Origin: Bugula neritina
Taxonomy: Eukaryota > Animalia > Bryozoa
Assembly (NCBI GenBank): GCA_964035545.1
Contig: CAXIUT010000254.1
Location: forward strand, 1 to 24,694
Length of the DNA stretch: 24,694 nucleotides
Reading direction: 5' to 3'
Shown: positions 20,944 to 24,694 of the stretch, one piece after another
How positions within the stretch are numbered: position 1 is the stretch's first letter
How the letters are laid out: each line of letters begins with the position of its first letter
The notes under the pieces: model-generated
Databases searched by the model: none
What the model saw: the letters and a program-made list of their open reading frames with translations, nothing else
Told to the model about the DNA's origin: nothing
Position numbers and translations under genes: made by a program

Positions 20944-23900
20944 ATGCAGCTCATCAGTGTTAGAAACTTCAAGTCATATGAAAATCAAGTTCTCAACAAC
21001 CTCAATCCTCGCATCAACCTCATAATTGGACCTAATGGATAGGGAAAGTCGAACTTCTTCAAAGGTATCTCTCTTCTAATGCAGCCATCCTCTTCGCACT
21101 TACTGATAAAGTCAATCTCACGAGAAATTAATACAATTCCTATCTCCATGTACTATTTCCTTACTCAGCGAGCTCTTGATAACTCAGCCTAGCCTCTAGG
21201 AGTGGACTTATACCTTCGTAGCAAACTATCTTCAGATTCAAACATCTACAAGTTATAGAGAACTTGGAACAATGATCACAACTAGATCTACCGAGTCGAT
21301 GAAAGAATGTTTGAATTGAATGAGTACTAGTCATTCGTTGAAAGTTTAGGTTTTAGTTTTAGCAACTCATACAACATAATTCAACAAGGGAAGATAAACC
21401 AAGTGGTGATGATGGATGATGTAGGGATATTCAAGTTGATGGAGTAGGCTACGAGTATAAAGAAATATGAGAAGAGATATGAATAGGCATTGGAATATAT
21501 GAAGAAAAACTAAGAGCAGAAAGAATAAATATCAAACTATTTGCATGAAATATAGAATAGATTAGAAATATATCAATCTAGAAAAGAATAGTTTTAGATG
21601 TATAGTTTCGAAGAGAAAGCTTCTAAAGTTAGATACAAGTCAGACTATCAATAAAACTTGCTAAGATTTGAAAGATAGATAAAAGAACTAAAATAAAAAT
21701 AAACTTTATCAAGTGATAATATCAACCAAATGAAATTAAAAATTAAAAATATGCAAAACTAACTCTAAGTGATCAATTCAGAAATAACTGTCAATCAAAA
21801 ACAACTCTTTCAATTCCACTAAGAATCATAAGATTAATAAAAAACTATCAATACTCAACTATAGCAAAAGGCTTCTCATAAACTCAATAGTCTGACTTTA
21901 AAAAAACAAAAAGTATAAAAATAACTTAATAAAATAATAGCTTAAAACTAGAAGCTAAAAAACTAGCTAAAACCACATCAATAAAAGTATTAGTACCTTA
22001 CTTCACTTCTCAAAGCCTAAACTATGAAATAAAAGAAAGGAGGAGTACAATAATTAGAGAGATAAATAGAGCAAAGAAGGTTTAATATAAAGTAAGTTTA
22101 ATCATAACTAAAAAGAGTATTATAAATAAAGAGTAAAATAAGAATAAATGAAGATAATAGAATAGTTGGGGACTTACTAGATAAAAAATAGCAATTATTA
22201 AAAATAAACAACTAAATTAAACTAAATCAGATATAATATTACGAACAATCCAGATATAAAAATCAATTCCAATCATAAATACAAGTATACTCTGATCAAC
22301 TACAAATTAACTACTCAAAAATGAAACTCAAACTCCCCTTATTGTAATTCAATCTTAAAAACTAACTGGATCATAAAAAAGTATCAGGAGTCTATGGCTT
22401 CCTTATTGAACATCTATAAATCAACCCATCAGTCTTATTTGCATACTAAATGGCAGCTATTAATAAACTATGCACCTTACTAGTTTAAAACTAACTAGTA
22501 GTTGAGAAAGTAATTGAAATTAATAAAAAAATAAAAGGAAAAAATGTTCACATCCTACCTTTGTCGTATATCAGAAACCAACCTAATATGAAAAAGCCTA
22601 TCCCTAATATAGATGACTGCTACTCTCTACTCAAAGAAGAATGGTTCACTTATAAACCACATCCTTTCGGTTAAGATTTTACTAGACAAATAAAAAAAAT
22701 AGTCAATAACACCTTTGGAACATATGCATTGGTCAGCCACTACGATCTAGGATTGAAAGTGTCAAAATAGTATCATTTAAATTGCATAACAGCTGATAAA
22801 TAAATTATCTATTCGGAAGGCTTTCTTTGTAAAGTGGGAAAAGAACCCAGCGTTGAAGACAAACTCTAACTATTTTATAAATATGAGTAAAAGAATAAAG
22901 AACTTGAAAAGGCAATAGCTAAAAGAAATAAACGACAATAGGCAATAGTTTAGATATAGAGTAGATAGATGGAGATGATGAAAGAAAGAGCTTAGATCTA
23001 AACACAAATTAAAAGTTTAACCTCTTCTTATGAAATACAAGAGGAAAAGAAAAGGTCATTAAGCAAATTATAACAGTAAGTCTCAATGTTAAAAGACAAG
23101 AAGTAGAGACATGAAGAATAGATATTAAGAAAGCAATAGATAATATAGAACATGAAGAAGAAAGGAGCATAAGTCAACAAAAAATAGTACAAACAACTAG
23201 AACAACTGATAGATAAGAAACTAAAAGAGTATACCTAGCAGTCATAAAGATAGTCTAGAATATAAAATAATTTAATAGAAATAAGTAAAGAGTAAAGCGA
23301 GTTGAAGTAAATATCAAGTAATATGCAACTTTAACTTTCATTTAAACAGTAGCATAAAGACACTTTTGTGGATAGTGGCTAGTATAAACATAAATTAGAA
23401 GACAGATTGGAAGAACTAGTCAAAAGAAAACATAAGATATAAAATGATAGCAATAAAATATAAAATAAACTCAATCAATAACTCCTCAACAATGAACAAT
23501 AACTTGGAAATATCAGTATTCTCGAAGATAGAATTTATTTCTATCTCTAAAAGTTATAAAATATCGGTGATCTTGACTTAACCATCGAATAAGTCTAAGA
23601 AAAGTCTAATAGCTTTAGTATGAATAAATCAGATTAAAGAAAAAACGTAAGAGTGTATACTACTATCTAAAAACTAATGTTCTCTAAAATATAAAATCTC
23701 CATCTAAAATATAAATAAACCCAAATCAAACTCAAAGAACTATCGTCAGTATAAATCGATGTCAAAAATATGCTAGCTCAATTTTAATAAGATAAAAATC
23801 ATACCTTAGAACAAGTCTTCAAAAAATTCTAATTTCACTTCGAAAACATCTTCAAAACTGTCACTCTTCATGGAAAAACAGATATCAGACTCAAAAAAAT

Positions 23901-24315
23901 CAATTAAAAAAATAGAGGACAACTCAAAGTTAGAAACTCCATATCTATTATGGTTTCCTTTGAAGGATAAAGATAAACCTCCAAAAAATGGAACTAGTTC
24001 TCAGGTGGACAAAAAACAGTCATCGCACTGTGTCTACTCTTAGCACTACAAAAATGCTAACCTGCACCTCTCTACATCCTAGATTAAGTAGATGCTGCCC
24101 TAGACTCGGTCTATCTAGACAGAATAGTCTCTTTGATCGAGAAAGAAAGTTAAAACTCCCAGTACTTCATAACTTCATTCAAAAGAGGGATGCTAGAGTT
24201 TTCATAGGAAGTAAGCAACTACTACTTGGTTCAGAACAAAGACAGAGTAAGCAGTATTCATCGAGTGACCCAGGAGGAAGCCAAAGAAGTGATAGAAAGG
24301 ATTGCAGATCATTGA
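20944..24315 (+). CDS. SMC3: SMC family ATPase, SMC3-like cohesin subunit
   Basis: NFKSY, Walker A GPNGEGKSN, Q-loop YNIIQQGKIN, hinge GVYGFL, signature FSGGQK, and LQKCEPAPLYILDEVDAALD (Walker B/D-loop). Introns at 21065-21084 and 21150-21168; TGA 24313-24315. Confidence 0.88.
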
Positions 24316-24416
24316 TAGTTGATAGAATATTTGAATATTAATTTATTAAAATAAAAGTATTATTTAATAAAAATTCATATTTATTTTTTTATCATTATAT
24401 CCTTTGATTTTTCTTA

Positions 24417-24567
24417 GGGGTTGGGGTTGGGGTTGGGGTTGGGGTTGGGGTTGGGGTTGGGGTTGGGGTTGGGGTTGGGGTTGGGGTTGGGGTTGGGGTT
24501 GGGTGGGGTTGGGGTTGGGGTTGGGGTTGGGGTTGGGGTTGGGGTTGGGGTTGGGGTTGGGGTTGGG
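24417..24567 (+). repeat. Right telomere (GGGGTT)n, first tract
   Basis: About 25 G4T2 units starting ~100 bp after the SMC3 stop. Confidence 0.98.
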
Positions 24568-24630
24568 AATTTATATAATAGTTTTATTTGATTTATATAA
24601 TAGTTTATCTAATTTATATAATAGTTTTAT
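24568..24630. repeat. Non-telomeric insert, 3 x ~21 bp (ATTTATATAATAGTTT[T]AT)
   Basis: Three near-identical AT-rich units lie between two telomere tracts. Confidence 0.9.
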
Positions 24631-24694
24631 GGGGTTGGGGTTGGGGTTGGGGTTGGGGTTGGGGTTGGGGTTGGGGTTGGGGGTTGGGGTTGGG
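24631..24694 (+). repeat. Right telomere (GGGGTT)n, second tract
   Basis: G4T2 repeats run to the window end. Confidence 0.97.

Noticed and set aside
21037-24000. Split code with TAA=Glu but TAG=Gln, suggested by SMC3 GPNG-TAG-GKS and N-TAG-FSGGQ
   Set aside because: Those two positions are variable. TAG sits at strongly conserved Glu in aldolase, cyclophilin and aquaporin, and swaps with TAA in repeats.
23988-24341. 117-aa ORF in the supplied track
   Set aside because: It is an off-frame overlap of the SMC3 C-terminal ATPase head.

Overview
AT-rich ciliate macronuclear DNA with (C4A2)n at the left end, (G4T2)n at the right end and an extra internal G4T2 tract at 6735-6810. The supplied standard-code ORF track is misleading. 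Conserved proteins read through both TAA and TAG at invariant glutamates, conserved Gln positions use CAA/CAG, and TGA is the only stop, which matches the peritrich-type code (NCBI table 30). Read in that code and allowing 19-21 nt GT-AG introns, the window is densely packed: RPS26 pseudogene, APRT, CEP104, membrane-anchored aspartic protease, EEF1AKMT1, [internal telomere], 3'-truncated PARN, SHIPPO/PGPG-repeat protein, PPIL3 cyclophilin, atypical kinase, an Atg8-like membrane protein, class I aldolase, a ~1200-aa E/K-repeat protein, a B-box-like protein, a 4-TM protein, an aquaporin and an SMC3-like cohesin subunit. The layout suggests a complete ~6.8-kb telomere-to-telomere minichromosome joined to a broken ~17.7-kb piece. 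Scattered 1-nt homopolymer indels suggest long-read error, so some gene ends are approximate. All protein calls come from motifs recognised by eye, not database searches.
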